From assembly GCA_012295275.1 (NCBI GenBank), contig CM022673.1, positions 10,292,001 through 10,356,000 of the forward strand: a stretch of DNA of 64,000 nt. The letters are read 5' to 3'. Of this stretch, positions 1 through 15,608 are shown in pieces (the stretch's first letter is position 1; every line of letters starts with the position of its first letter). A program made the position numbers and the translations under genes. Under the pieces are notes generated by a model, which searched no databases, was not told where the DNA came from, and saw nothing but the letters and a program-made list of their open reading frames with translations. This stretch comes from Chrysomallon squamiferum. Its lineage: Eukaryota > Animalia > Mollusca.

Positions 1-125
1 ACAAACTACTGGAAGGATTGGATTCTGAGTGACATTTTCTAGTTTAGTGTATAGCAGTTCATCATTACTGTGTTGATGATATAGGTGATGATGTTGTTGA
101 TAATTATAAGAACAATAACAACACC

Positions 126-169
<44 letters not shown>

Positions 170-1416
170 CACAACAATTGCAATAACATATTTACTAATT
201 TAACATTTTAAATGATCGTTTATTCATAATTCGCTATTTTATTATTTACAGCTTAGCTTCGATAATAAGTGTGTCTACCATACGCATCACCTGAAGAAAA
301 TGTAAAATTTGTTTTGTTATATTAGATTCTTTTCTTCTTTTTGTGACATAAATAAACGAATTATCACATTGGAGGTCATATTTAGCCTGAATTTCAGGAA
401 ATAATTATAATTATTTGCACTAGTTTTCTGAAAACATTCAAAATGTAAGTAGTGTCATGTATTTACACACTGAAATATATGACACGTGACTCTATTTATT
501 CATTAGTTCCTTCACGATTTAGTTTTGTTTCATTTCTTCATTATTTCTTTGTAAATAAATAAAATAAATATATGTGCAATATGGATATCCCAATCAACTG
601 TTCATCAGTTTTACAACGCCAAAATATCTAACAAATAGTAACTATGTATGAAAAAATACAAAATATCAACAGGTGCATCGCAACAGAAATAAAACCAGCC
701 AATCGTAAGAGATAAAAAAATATATATATATTTCTATGACGTCACCAGAGACGCAGTAATGACGTAGATATTTACTGTCGCCGTACAAATTATCCTCTTC
801 ATAGTGCTATATTTACTCACTCGTAACGTTATTAAGTTACCAGACTTGCGGCTAGACGTCAATTTAACGTGCGTATTTATCGTGTACCACTGATATAACT
901 ACTGGCACTTGTTCACGGATGACCGGACGAAATCTTAAACAGCGTGAAACGATAAATTCGTGCAAGGTTGAAAGCTCTGCTGAGGTACAAATAACGATGC
1001 TAATTGTAAATTAACTGGCAGTGGCACGTGATTAGCATGGGCAGCGCACTTAAAACCACTCGCTTATAAGGCGGTGTTGTTTATTACTCCGGTGGGGGAA
1101 GGACCCTGCATATAAAGCCGGATGATAAAACGTCAACAGGAATAGCAGTTCACGGGTTTTGCACGTGCAAGTTAGCCAGGTTTAAACTCATTGCCAATCA
1201 AAGTTTGGGGTTTTTCAGTGCACCTGTGTGTATTGTAAACTGCTATAATTCTTGTAGGCATTTTTGTATTAACTTTTTTTCAAAATCAAACTTTCAAATG
1301 AAGAGTTAAAGACTAACAAATAGGTGAATATATGCTCCAAGTTGTTGTTGTTTTTGGTACATATTTTTTTATTTATGTATACACATATATAATAATAATA
1401 ATAATATCATAAAGCA

Positions 1417-1457
<41 letters not shown>

Positions 1458-1883
1458 AGCACACACACACATGAACACAGATATATACATATTTTAAGAC
1501 TAATAATCATAACTTTAATAATTTATTATGAAATATATATTTCTTTTTGTTTTTATGTTGTTGGGTTTTTTTTGTTTTTTTTTTCCTCTTTTCTTTTTTC
1601 TCTTTTAAATTTCTGTGATGATGGTAATAAATAAATGAAATGTATACACAACGTTAATTACACATTAAAACAGATTAAAGACAAACTTTCATGTTTCTTC
1701 TTAAAGTTTCTTCTTGAAGTTTCTGTGATGAGGGAAATTACAGACAAAATTAATATCCTTACAGCTTACTCTTTCTGCTCTTTAGTAAAGTGAAGCTGTT
1801 ACTGGGAGGGGAGTAACAAACAAATTAAATGCATATGTATATTTGATCATACATAAATATACTTGAAAAGCAAATTTACAGTT

Positions 1884-1936
<53 letters not shown>

Positions 1937-4619
1937 CTTAAAGGAGCGGTGAAACCAATCACAATAAGTAGTATTTAATTATTTTAATTGTATCTTTAAT
2001 ATACACTTGTTATCATCTAATAAATGCACTGTATATGTTCTGTATATTTCTAAAACGTTTAGTATATTCTTATTAAAATGTTTCTATCAAAGATTCTATG
2101 ACAATGGAAACAAATAAACTAAAACCTGTGGTTCTTTCGTTTGTTTCTAGTTAAATAATATTTCGATTTAATTGTTTTCTTTACCACTAAACATCAAACT
2201 TTGCTAATAATAAAGTACAACCTTACTTGCTTTGTTTAATAATCAGTGACAAGGTGACCTCATTTGTCACTCTACAAGAATTAGTTCGTACATTTCTATG
2301 CAAGTCATGAATGGCATCATAGGTTAATAAAATAAATAAAGAAAGAAAAAAAACTAAAATAGAAATGCTCTAGAATCTCCACTCTTTAAAAAAAATAAGT
2401 ATTACTATTATTAGTAATAGTAGGAGTAGTAGCAGTAGTAGTGGTAGTATTGTTGTTATTATTAGTAGTAGCAGTAGTAGTAGTAGTAGTAATAGTAGAA
2501 GTACTAGTAGAAGTAGCAATAGTAGTAATAGTAATAGTAGTAATACTAGTAGTAGTAGTAGTGGAAGTAAACTTTATTATTAACAAAGCTTATTCAATAG
2601 CATCCCAAAAATTATAAGTTAAAAACAAACATAAAATTAGATTCGGCTTTTTTGTTTTAATGCATCTTTAAGGTCATAAACATTTTCATATTATCTGTCA
2701 GAATTAAGTTTATTAAACATTTAAGAACAAAGATAACCTTATACATATTAAGTTTACTAAACATTTAAGATATCTGCCTGAACTAAGATAACATTATACA
2801 TTCATTAAACACAAACTGTAAAAGTACGTTTAATATAAACATTACAGGACGTTCACCTGTGAAATTTGTCTTTGAATTTAATTATGTGTGTGGTGATGTG
2901 TGTGTGTGTGAACACGATAGAGAGAACATAAAGAAAGAATTAACAATACTGTATGTATATTCTGTTTTCAATGAAGATACTTAGTAATTTATTATATATG
3001 TGTGTCTGTGTGTGTATATTTGTATGTATGTACGTATTTATGTATATGTGTATGTATGTATGTGTATATGTGTTTGTATGTATGTATTTTCGTATGTGTT
3101 TTGTGTGTGACGGTGTATTTATGCAGAAAGTTTCAGACATTTTGCTTTATATGTAAAACTGCAGAACTCTTTACAAAAGCTGCAGTGTTTAGTTTAAAAA
3201 CTCCGATCAAAAATACTGATAGAGCAACGACAGCAGTCTATAAAATATATTTTACAAATTATAAAAAAAAACTTTGAGGAAATGCAACCAGAATTTATAT
3301 ATTTAATGGTTATCAGAAACATTATGCAAACATTTGTTACAACGTTCACTAAATAATGCTGTATAATATAACAAAATATTTCTCATGTAAAGCTTGAATT
3401 AAAATACAATATTTATTTTCACAAACCCCCCCAACAGTTATTTAATGACTACGTACCTGTGCTTTAGTTTACTTCTAATATTGCACACGCTAAACGAAAT
3501 TCCGTTCCTTATTCAAAACGTGATGGGAAATTGCAAAATAACACAAACGTCAATAATCTCCAGAAAGCACGATTTCCTGTATCCCTCGTTAAAGCACTCG
3601 CTGTTGTCTTTCTCTCCTTACAGTTATAAGCTTATTAAATGCACGAAGTATATTAAATTGAAAACCATAATCTTAATCGCTACTTGATGAAAGACTTATG
3701 GAGACCGCTCAGTTTGCCTGTGGTAACTTGGCGTAGCTCGAAGTCTTTCGTTATCTGGTTTTCTCAACACATCTCTTCTTTAAGTCATAACAGATATATT
3801 TGCGTGACTGGTTGTTTGAATAACAGCCAGTAATGTTTTGGACATCACAGAGTAGGAGGAAAACAGTTTTAAAAAATGAATCTGTTTGTATGCGAATTGG
3901 TGGCTTGAATAAAGAGATTTGAATATTATATACTGAGAGCAAGTGTTTTTAAATATATTGGTTGGTAGATACGTAGGTATGTGTGTGTGTGTGTGTGTGT
4001 GTGTGTTTATAAATATGTGTATGTGTGTGTTTTATAAATATAAATATATATAAATAGATATATATGTGTATGTATGTATGTACATGTGTATGTGGGCACA
4101 CACACACACAAACACACACATTTATATCAGCTTTATCATGCGTAAGTAAGTATGCTGATCGCAGAATCATATAACATATCAGTTACTGATCTTGTTAATA
4201 ACTGTTAAGCCTGCAAGACCAAACACTTATTTTACATGTTCTGTATCAGTGATTTTTACTATTAACCTTCATCCACTGGGATCAGTGATTGTATTTATTC
4301 TACTGCTGCTACTACGGTGACTTCATAACCCTAATCCCGAACACAAATTGGTAACTCAGTAATAATGGTCGCTCACAAATACGTTTTCTCCTGCTAACAT
4401 CTTGTCTCATTAACTCTGGTATGACGAGAGAACCGGGCAACCCTTCACTGAACGTATTATTCGATCAAGGCCACAGTGTCGGAAAGATGATATTCTTGCT
4501 GAACAGTAAAACAAAAACAAAATATGCTGAGGACTTAATGAAGTGAATATTGTTGAGTAAATCTCTTCTGATATATGGGGAAATCAAAGCAAGACATATT
4601 TTGCTTATAATTATGATGA

Positions 4620-4660
<41 letters not shown>

Positions 4661-5797
4661 CACTGTCTATCCTAAACGATTGTTAAAAGCAACAATAATG
4701 CAAAAATACCAGCTTTTTCTAAGATTCAGGTATTGTGGACATAAAGAGCTTAATCCAAGAGCAAATTACTGTTTTCCAACGTATATAACATGGAATATGT
4801 CTTACTATTTTTTTTACAGTGTCCAATGGTTTTTCCATTCCAGCCACAGCTCTACAGCTGACGACTCTAAAGAAATGTAATGAGTAATCTTGCATATTAA
4901 GAATGTTGAATCAAAGTTATTGCTATTTGCTGGTGGTATAAGTAGCATTTAAATTAACGACGTTATTTGGTTTCCAATTTCAGAACTCATAACAAAAAAC
5001 TCTAAATTTACTGCCACAAACCGTATAACAAAAAAAAAAAAAAATGCCATTATATATTAAAGTTAAACACATTTTCATTCATTCATATATTCATTAAGAA
5101 ACAGAGAAACCATTCAGAAATTTCATCTAAATTTAAACTACATATTTACTACGTTCAGGCCGGACCATCTGTTAAAGACTGCCCGAAATGAAAAGTCTTC
5201 ACGTTGAAAGAAGAGTCGTAGAAACTCTTCAACAAACCCTCTTCGCATCTGTTATTACTACGCCCCAAATTCTCTCTTTAACCGCATAAACGATGTTGAA
5301 AATCTCAAGTACTGTATACATCACAATCGTCCTTGTTTGTGCGTGTCCGCTATGGAGATCGTGAAAATAAAACACAGAACTTTTGTTTTAAAATATTCAG
5401 TGCTGCTGAACTTGGAACTTTCCAGAACAGCAGAACTTAGAAATTGCTTGAAGGGTGTTGATCTTAATGAAACTATTTCTGTAACGGAAACGAGAAGTGG
5501 GTGTAGTAGTAGTTCTGAGAATTTTGTAATCGGCATTTTTGTGTTAATTAAGAAGATTCCAAGATTTTATTATTACAACCACAATAACATGGTGTAATTG
5601 AATTCTACAAAGGAGCCATTGTTCTCCCGCTGCAGATAAATATCTATCCGTTAAAGAGCAACAGTCAGGAGAAATATAGCTGACTAGTGTCCGTTTCCAA
5701 AATATTGATAACGTGATGAATATGTGAAATATGTGTGTTCTTGTGTGTTTGTGTGTGTGTGTGCGTGCGTGCATGTGTTTGTGTGTGTGTGTGTGAG

Positions 5798-5917
<120 letters not shown>

Positions 5918-7130
5918 GTTTAACTAATTTCTTATGTCTTTTAGAAAAACAACAACAACAAAAACACAAAAAAAAAAAACAGTTAATAACATGAACACAT
6001 TCATATTTCTCAAAAAAAACATTGAAATCTGGACCACCCAAAATATGAAAAATAAATCGGACATGTGTTATTAAATTCAACATCCGGCGTTAACTATGTG
6101 AGATTTTTAACTCGTTAAAACAGAATCTGGGTCCAGATCTTCGCGTTATCACAGAATCACTTCAGCAAACAGCGCCATGCTGTAAAAATATGTTTCCACC
6201 TCACAGGTGCGGTGTAATCACTTTTAAATCTGTTCTCATTAAACAGGACTTGTGTTTATAATTTTCAGAGCCATCTGTCTTGAGATCGATCCGCATAGAT
6301 GCACCTACGTCGTTAAATCGCTTGATGGCCAGCGTCTTATAACTGATGGGTGAATAATTATTTTTGTTTGCTTTTGCGTGCTAGAATCTTTTCTATCCAT
6401 ATTTTCTTTGTCTTTTTTTTTTGTTCTTCTTTTTTTTTTTTTTTATGTATTACTGCATAATTTTTGAAAATGAGATTACCTCCCTGTGTTAGAAAAGATT
6501 TGTTTTCTTTGATTTTTAGAGAGTATGTAGTAATATTTTATATTTCACACTTAATGACCATTCTGAAAATATTTTGCTGATACTATATTAATTAGCTATT
6601 GAGAATGTTTAATAACAATTCTTAGAAATAAAGCATACAGGAGTGATGTGTTTTTACTGGAACTCAGAAACATTAATAATGTTTTCTTGAGCATAGAAAG
6701 TAAAATACCTTTTCGTAAAATACTTAATCATTATTCAAAGAATAGCTGACATTTTGTACCTTCACACACAAACTATGGACTGATGTCTAATAACAGTCAC
6801 TGTTAACATGTATTGATGTACGTTTAAACAACCATTAACTATGTTTTTACACACACACATATACCAGTATCAGTTTTTATTTCCCAAACTGCCAGTGGAA
6901 TCCGTTTTGTCCACGTTGGCAAAATAATCCTCAAAGCGACATCTCCAGTTAGGTTCTGTTTGTTTGATTTTGTTGTTGTTGTTGTTGTCGTTGTGGTTGT
7001 TTTGATGCTGCCGTTGTTGTTGTTGATGCTGTTGTTGTTGCAGCTGTCATCGTTGCTGTGTTGTTGTTGTTTTTGTACTGGTTGCTTGATATGTTTTAAG
7101 TTGGTGTTGTCCTGTTCGGCTGCTGAATGA

Positions 7131-7199
7131 GTAGGAATTCTGTCCAGTAGGATTTTGGTCATGTGGGATTTTGGTTATGTGGGATTTTGTCCGGTTACC
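7131..7199. mobile_element. Probable solitary end of a DNA transposon with 16-bp subterminal repeats
   Basis: Four 16-bp-period units (GT[A/G]GGATTTTG..) at 7131, 7147, 7163 and 7179, ending in GTCCGGTTACC. No partner end seen in the window. Confidence 0.35.
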
Positions 7200-7522
7200 A
7201 GTTTTACAGAGAAAAGTGAGAGTTTAAAGGGTCACACATTTCGACAGTACAGATAGGGAACACTAAAAATAGAAACAAAACTTGTGATAATCGCTGTCTG
7301 TTTTGAACGTCGGATATAACTGCTATCATTCTTCGTTGCCACCAACACTCCAAGATGGCGCCATTAGATTTTTTTCACACTCCAAGCTTTGTCATGTTTA
7401 CTATGGAATCTGACATTTATCACACGTACAAAACACTTTTAAAAAAATCATAAGGATGAAGAGATGTTTGCGCGGATAAGAGGGGTGAACCAAATATACC
7501 TACTGTTACTTTTTACTCTGTA

Positions 7523-7556
<34 letters not shown>

Positions 7557-8525
7557 TGCCTGTCTGTCTGTTTGTATATATATAGCCCTTCCTTTCCCTC
7601 TTATCTTTTTTCTAAAAAATAAATTTACAGATCGAATTTTTTATTATTGAGATCATTCTTAACCCCAATTACAATCGATCTTGAAATGTACAATCAGTAC
7701 AATGAACAATCACCTTTCTGAAATAGTGGAACCGCCCTTTTGCTGGCTTCACCTGTTCAAGAATTTCTCTTCCCCAAGAGGTTTTTGAACTTGGGCTTGT
7801 TTTGATAATGTGCATTGCCTTAACTACGTTAACAATTACCTGTATTTCCTTCAAATAACCACCAAAAGCTTAGCTGGCAGGTGAGTGCGGAGGTACAGGT
7901 AAATAAGTGATAACACATGATTAATGAAAGAATAAAACAGTTTTAAAAGTATTACTGTGTGTGTCTGACGTTATAACCTATCATGAGGGGTCACATCATA
8001 TCATTTTATGTTATATTGTATATTTAATATATCAAATCGTATTGTTTTATATCGTATCGTAATATAATATATCACATTATATCATACCAAATGATGACAT
8101 ATTATATTATTTTATATTATATCATAATATATATCAGTTACTTAATCGCATGACAACATATATCATGTTATTTCATATTCTACATCATTACATACTCTGT
8201 TATTTAATGTGTTGTCTTTATTACTATTTGTAATACTATACCAATACGACACTATGCCATGTCAGTTATTTCTATATATGATATCAGACATGTTTTGTAT
8301 TATTTATAATGATACTAATAACAGTTTTTGGAAGTACTGAGACTTTTATACGTCAAAAGTAAGTTGTACATATACTCAGATTTATTTATACATAGTCAGA
8401 CAGACACATAAATAGATACATACATATATACATACATACACGTGTGTGTGAGGGTGTGTATGTATGTATGTATGTATGAATATGTGTGTATGTGTGTGTG
8501 TATGTGTGTGTGTATATATATTTAC

Positions 8526-8613
8526 TTTCAAACAAATAACATAATAATAATAACGTGTAAATTATATTTGTTTCAAACAAATAACATAATAATAACATGT
8601 AAATTATATTTGT
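8526..8613. repeat. ~45-bp tandem duplication
   Basis: TTTCAAACAAATAACATAATAATAA(TAA)C.TGTAAATTATATTTGT occurs twice. Confidence 0.8.
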
Positions 8614-10267
8614 AAATATATATAAATACACACACACACAGATATATATATGTGCACAAACATATATATGTTTGAATGTGTTGATATATGTGTGTATATA
8701 TGTGTGTGTGTGTGTGTATGCGTGTATGTGTATATCTATAATAATCTGTCTATCCTCATCCTTTAACAATTTCTTTTTAACTAGCAGCTGAATTAGTCTC
8801 TGATCTGTGATGTAATTAAAACCAACAGAGATCTGTTATTCTACGTGTGTTTCTAATATACGTCAAGCTAAATCAAACACTTAGGTACAACTGTCAGACT
8901 TAGAAATTAAACTACGATACAGAAAGTTAACGTCGTTACCACTGTCTTGCTCTATGCCAGCATGAACTGTCAGTATTTGGCACATCACATCAGGATAAAG
9001 AAGCCTGACATAAAAAGATATTAAAAAAACAGTTTGCCGAGTGAAAATAAAGTAACGGCATAATGAAGAGTCGTAAAAATTAATTGGTGCAAATGTAGGG
9101 GTTTGTTAGTTTATAATAAATGAAAGTAGAAAAGTAAAACGAAGAAGAAAAGAAGAAGAAACCAAGATAGGTTAACAGTAATGAAACTTAAATTCTGTAA
9201 TTATAGTACTTTGTGAAGGCTGGCGCTTTATTTGTAAATTATAATGAAAGATAAATTAAGAACTCTTTTTAAAATAATGAAAGACACATTAGCTAGCGAA
9301 TTGTACCGAAAAATTTATAAATTAATAATACTTTCTAAATTATAATGAAAGATAAATTATCAAAACTTTTTTAAATGATCATGAAAAATAACACACACAC
9401 ACACACACACATGATTAGACGACTAGAAAAACTGAAATCATTTCAAACTTTCTTCCGTTTACGTAAAAAACACATTACGACGTCTCAAACAATATATTTA
9501 TCAAATAAACAATTCTTAAATTTTTTTATCTTTTTTTTTTTTTTTTTTTTTTTTTTGAATAATTTTTATTCACCATTCTAAGGTGTTTATTTAAACATAA
9601 TTTTTGCTTTATCTTTTAAGCAAAAGTATAAATAACATATTAAAATAAACATATGAATAACATTATTATCGTAGCTTCAGCTAAGCAGATCTATCTATAT
9701 GCAAATGCAGTATTTTCCATAATATTACACAATCTTGGACCAATCATTTCTTAACAACTAGCTGCAATCTTAGTCTGCTCGTCTAAATAACATAACGAAA
9801 ATTAACTCTATCTTCCGGCCAATAATTATCTTTATCATCACATAATGAGAATATGCTACAAAATCAAGCAGCTTGCACACGAGAATAACTGGCTTTCATT
9901 ACGACACGTCGCTAACAATAATGAAGTGAAAATTAGTTCTGAGAGTCGTTCGCTTCCCAATAGAAAAATAATGTGCTACGAAAAACGTTGGTGTACGTAC
10001 GCCTCTGCGAAGAATTCGTTTTTGTTCTGCAACAGCATGGAAGATCTTGGCGACCAAGATGAAAGAAGCGTGTATAGAGTTAGATCTAGATAACAGACGC
10101 TCTGACGCCATGCATTGCAATAGTGAATGTGTCTTTGTTGAAATTTTGCACCATACTATCACTTTCGTAATTCGTGTTTTGTGTGCGTTGTAGCTTTTGA
10201 TGTTGTTGTTGTTGTTTGTAGAGTAAATGGTTGTTTTTATGTGTTGTTTTTATGTGTTGATTATTTG

Positions 10268-10401
<134 letters not shown>

Positions 10402-11428
10402 CAGAACGGAGGCAGAAAAGATAAAAACAAATCTTCAAAAAGACAGCCTTGTTGGTTTTGACGTGTTAAATTTATTTCTATTCTGTTTACAAATAAAATA
10501 ATAAATGTTCTTCTATATTCTCTATTGCATTGTATATGTGTTAATTTTAATTTGTTATTATTATTACTGCCTTCTATTTGTTTTTCCCCCCAGGTCACGT
10601 TTTCAGTCTGTTTTGTTAAAAAAAAACGTCTGACACATGAGAACAAACATGCACTGAACTATGACCTCCAAATTCTTGCATTGTGCTTAAAGACTAACTC
10701 TCTGTCATGCCATGGAACGTCAGTAAAGAAATGGAGTAAAATAGGTCACTTCCGGAATGGGAGATTCCAGTATGCGCGTGAACGTGATATACTATCAACT
10801 AAATAACTAATCTTAAATGCTTATCAACAAACACAATCGATTCCACATTTGCTTTCTATCTTAAAACATAAGTTGACTAGATAACATCATTTCGTTCAGG
10901 TTCGTATAGACTGTATTCACGTCAAAACTGCTGCCAGTTACGACGCAGACTAGAATATTGAAAATAATTATTAGCCTTTGCTTAGGAAGATGTAACTGTA
11001 TGTGTGTGTGTATAATTATGTTTGCATGTATTAATATCTGTATGTGTTTGACTTTGTGCGTGTGAATTATTGTTTGTAGCTATGTATAAATAAAAAAAAT
11101 GTATAATTTAATTAGATTTTGTGATCCTGGAGAAAGATTTAAATAAATGGTGGTGACGGAAGAGAAAAAAACTGGCAAATGAGAAATGATGATGATGATG
11201 GTTATAACTGCAATGCAATTTTATTAATGATATTAACAAACATCTAAAGTTCTAGTTTATCACATACTCTTTACTGTTCTGAGGGACAGGAATTTTCCTG
11301 TAACTTAGAACAGCTAACTGCTAAATAACCCAATAACTGACTATACGTCACTAATTTAACGGACGGATCGAAAACATTTAAATAAACAGCTCCCTGTCAT
11401 TGTGGTAAACTCTTGATAATAAAAAAAA

Positions 11429-11465
<37 letters not shown>

Positions 11466-14047
11466 TAAAGATACTCGCACGTGTAATCCCACACACACAC
11501 ACGTACATATATATATATATAATAGGTCAACTAAAATAGGAGCGCTCAGGTTTCAATCATCGCCCTAACCCATAAAACTAAAACTTTCTGGATTAATGTT
11601 TTCGGTTTATTGTTCAGTGATATCTTCAGCATATATTTCTGCTGTATCTATTTGTGCATACTTCGGTTGCCTGATTTTTGGGCGCCTACCAAGTTAACGT
11701 TGAATAATGACTGAATTCTGTGAGATTAATGTTTTGTTACTCCACAGTTCCTGTATCTGTCCAAGTTGTTTTCTTTTCAGCATATCTTTAATTAAGCTTA
11801 TGTGCCAGTTCTTGTTAAATTTGATATTGTAAAAAAAAATTAAGATAAAAAAAAAAAAAAAAAGAAGAAGACGAAAAGAGAAAACAATTTAGAAAGAAAG
11901 AAAAAAAAAAGAAAAGGAAAAAACAGTTTAAAAATGTGCTTAGGTGGATTCCTGCGAAAGACTGTTTCCAAAAATAGCCTATCACGTCATCATATCCCTG
12001 TATTAGAAACCTGTTACGTGCTATAATGAGGTATAGTGACTTATAGTGTAGCGTAATCTAGTGTAGAACTTTGTAATGTAGTATAGATCAGTATAATGTA
12101 ATTAAAATGTAGTATAATGTAACATAATATACTTCTGTATAGTGTAGTGTAGTGTAGTGTTGTGTAGTGAAGTATAACCTATTTTATGTAACATTACGCA
12201 GCATCGTATATTGTAATACTGTTATTATTATCAGAGTAATAAGTGTAAAATGTCATCTATAATTCAACATTATTTTATGATTCAAGGTAAAATACGTTAG
12301 ATGAATTAGCAAGCATAAGACAAAGTATGGAAGTAAAGGGTGCGCTGAATATAATGGTGATGATGGTAATGCTGATAATAATGGTGAGGTGATGTTGATG
12401 GTGATGATGATGCTGCACCTTTGTGTGGTGGTGGTGGTGGTGGTGGTGGTGATGATAGTAGTTGCAACAGTAATATACTGTGGTATGTTATACAGAACAG
12501 TGTTGCAGGAATCCAGAGAATTGTGGACGTATACTATTACTGATGACAGAGTTCAGCTGCCTGTGACTACGTCCAAAGTAAACATTCATCAAGACAAACT
12601 TTTACCACGCCGCATTCTGCCAAACCGAAGTACAGGCTTTATTCGTGACGTGTAATTCCAAAATGTTTACGCCGATCACCAGGCATCCGCGTGACTGTTA
12701 CCAACAAATGCGCCACAGACACAAGGAATTCGCCTTCCAAACATCCTGACTGAAGTCCCTTTAACATTTTCCCTCGACGCACGCCACCAGCCGAACTCTG
12801 GCTCTCAAAACAAACGCGTGAGTAAACGAATCCGTACAGTTCTGAACACCTTGTTTCTTTAATGTTGTCTATCCAAACACCGGCACAGCCAAGCGATAAT
12901 GGCGATGGTAAACCGATACAACCCGAAGAATTGGACGAGCTAAGTTCCAGCTTGGAAATTACAGATTTGTTTGTATTACAACCGACGTTCGGGTTCCATA
13001 ATATTTAAAGCGGATACAACTAATTTCGTGGTCTAATCGGGCAAAATGATGCAGCAGAATGTATATCTGTGTAGCATGATAAGGATACATTATGAAATGT
13101 GTATTTCCTCTTTTTTTTGTAATCTTTGAGATATCTTTAAATTTTCCAGAAGATCTCTCAGTGTAGTATTTTAAGTCATATTATGATATGGTGTTTCTTC
13201 GGTTTCAGTTCTTGCCTTGATGGAAGATGCTGCAACTAAATGCATGTTTGATATGCAAATATTTTATAATCGTGATTTAACGTTGTCATGACTACAGTTA
13301 GAGAAAAACGTACTGACGTCATGCAGATTAATACATCAAGAGCAGATATAGAATTTCTAATATTATGAAAAATTATTATTTTAAAATACAGACACACATA
13401 AACATATATACGTATAACTAACCATCTTCATATAGGCCTATATACATACATACATGATTTTTCCTACGTAATATCTATGCAATAATATCTATATAATAAT
13501 AATAACAACAACAACAACAGCAACAACAACAACAACAACCCATAACCTCTGCAACAGACATTAGAAGGAAACAAAGGCAATACACGGCCGACAAAGGAAA
13601 CACATAACGGATAACGTCTCTTACAACTTCCAAAACAACAGGACAAAACATGACAATACATCTTCATATTTCACCATGAGAAGGAACATTATTACGTTTC
13701 GTTATTTGAACTTCCTTATATTTGGAGTTTAGGAGGAAAATAATGTAGCATTGTTGGTTGTTACGAATTAGACCCAAAAAAAAAAAAATGAAAACACCTC
13801 CGTGCACTTTATTTATTGGTGGTTAATAGACATTTAGCATCTGGTTTTTGTTTGAAAGATTACACGAGAGAGGAGCTATGCATTGGTTAGCATATTGGCT
13901 AATTTTATCTAACAGCAAGACAGGAATATTTATGTTCACCATCCCAGAGGCAGTAAAAAAAAAAAAAAATGATAATGAAGATGCACGACGAGTGATAGAG
14001 AGATAAAAAGCATAGAAAGCAAAAAGTGAAAAAGAATCAGAGACGTA

Positions 14048-14049
<2 letters not shown>

Positions 14050-14123
<74 letters not shown>
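14050..14123. repeat. (AG)n microsatellite
   Basis: Directly visible. Confidence 0.97.
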
Positions 14124-14127
<4 letters not shown>

Positions 14128-15608
14128 AAGAGGGAGAAGAGAAAGGTCTGTTTTCTATCCTTGTACTTTTTAACTATCTGACATTATTTGTCATGGACGA
14201 CGGTCTGTTTTACTTTCATTTCGTACAATAACGTACTATTATCTCAACAACCACACTCACATAAAAGTACAGCTTGGAATAGAAAAGAAGATACGTAATC
14301 TGGGCATGTCACTTTTTTTTTTTTCCCTCTCTGGTCTCGATAACCTAACAGCCTCTGTGCAAATAAGAATTAAGTATGAACGAGACTGGCAGTGTTTTAA
14401 CTTCCCATATCGTGAAACAAGTATCTAAAATAAACACAAACAGATTGTATTTCAAAGAAGGTTGAAGCTGTGCATGGTATTTTAAAGAAGATTAATGTTT
14501 AACATACATGACGCGGAACGATTATAAATCTGTAATATAAATGCACAAGGAAAGTGTCTACAGACCGAAATACGTCATTCAACAACCTTTCTTTGTGCTA
14601 TTTGGATAATAAAACATATTTTTCAGTGTAAAGAGGTTTCTGTTACATATGAATGGTGCAAAACGGTTGTTTATTGTTTATTTTCTATTTATTTGTTTTT
14701 CTGTTTCTTTAACTATTTTATTACGTTTTTTTTTTTTTTTTTTTTGTTGCTGTTTGTTTGAAACACAACATTCCGCACAAAATACAACAAATTATTTGTG
14801 TGGGATGTTGTTTTGTGTGTGTGTGTGTTCTTTCGTTGTTGTTTTTATTGTTTGTTTTTTCTACGTTTTCCTCAAATAAATCATAAAAGCATAATACTTA
14901 TTTCTGTTCATTAATAAGCTTTACGCACTGAAAAAAAACAACAACAAAAAAACGTCGTTTTTATATTTATTTTTATGCAGGCTTTGTTGCTGAGCCGTTC
15001 CCGGGTCGCGAACTCGCTATTTTTCACTTTCAAACACGAAAAAAAACCAGGAATGATGAACCCAGAATAAACATCCATTCTTCAACATCCAATATTTACA
15101 GGCAACGCCCTCGGCAAGCCAAGACTGTTTAAGCGAAATTTCCTGATTTCCTTTTACCTGTGCATGTTTGGTGATTTTTTTTCAGTCAGGCATGAAATTA
15201 ACTCGCTGAAAGAGCATCATTAATTATCATATCGCGTGTTGCGGCGTCTACGCGATTTGCACGTGCATAATTGCATATCGTGATTTTACAAGATTCGTAA
15301 ACAAAGCGTAAATCTTGTATTCTGTTGTTTTTGTAATATTAATTAAGGTTCAAGCACGAAATGTGTGGGCCTGTCCTTCAATTTCTCCTTTATCGTGCTG
15401 AGTGTTAAAAAACAAACAAGCAACAACAAACAAACGTCAACAACAACAACAACCTCAATGTTGGAGTTTTGTTGTTGTTGTTTTGAGATGACTGACTTAA
15501 GGTTAATGTATTAGAGAGAAAAACTGAATACAATACATCAGTTCTAATAAGGAAAGTACCAGGATACGAAACTGGTGCCTGCCATCTTTAAGGCTGAAAG
15601 CTTAACCA

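Noticed and set aside
1938-2390. Possible Kolobok-type element with TTAA-AGG ends
   Set aside because: The putative TIRs match only loosely over a few bases.
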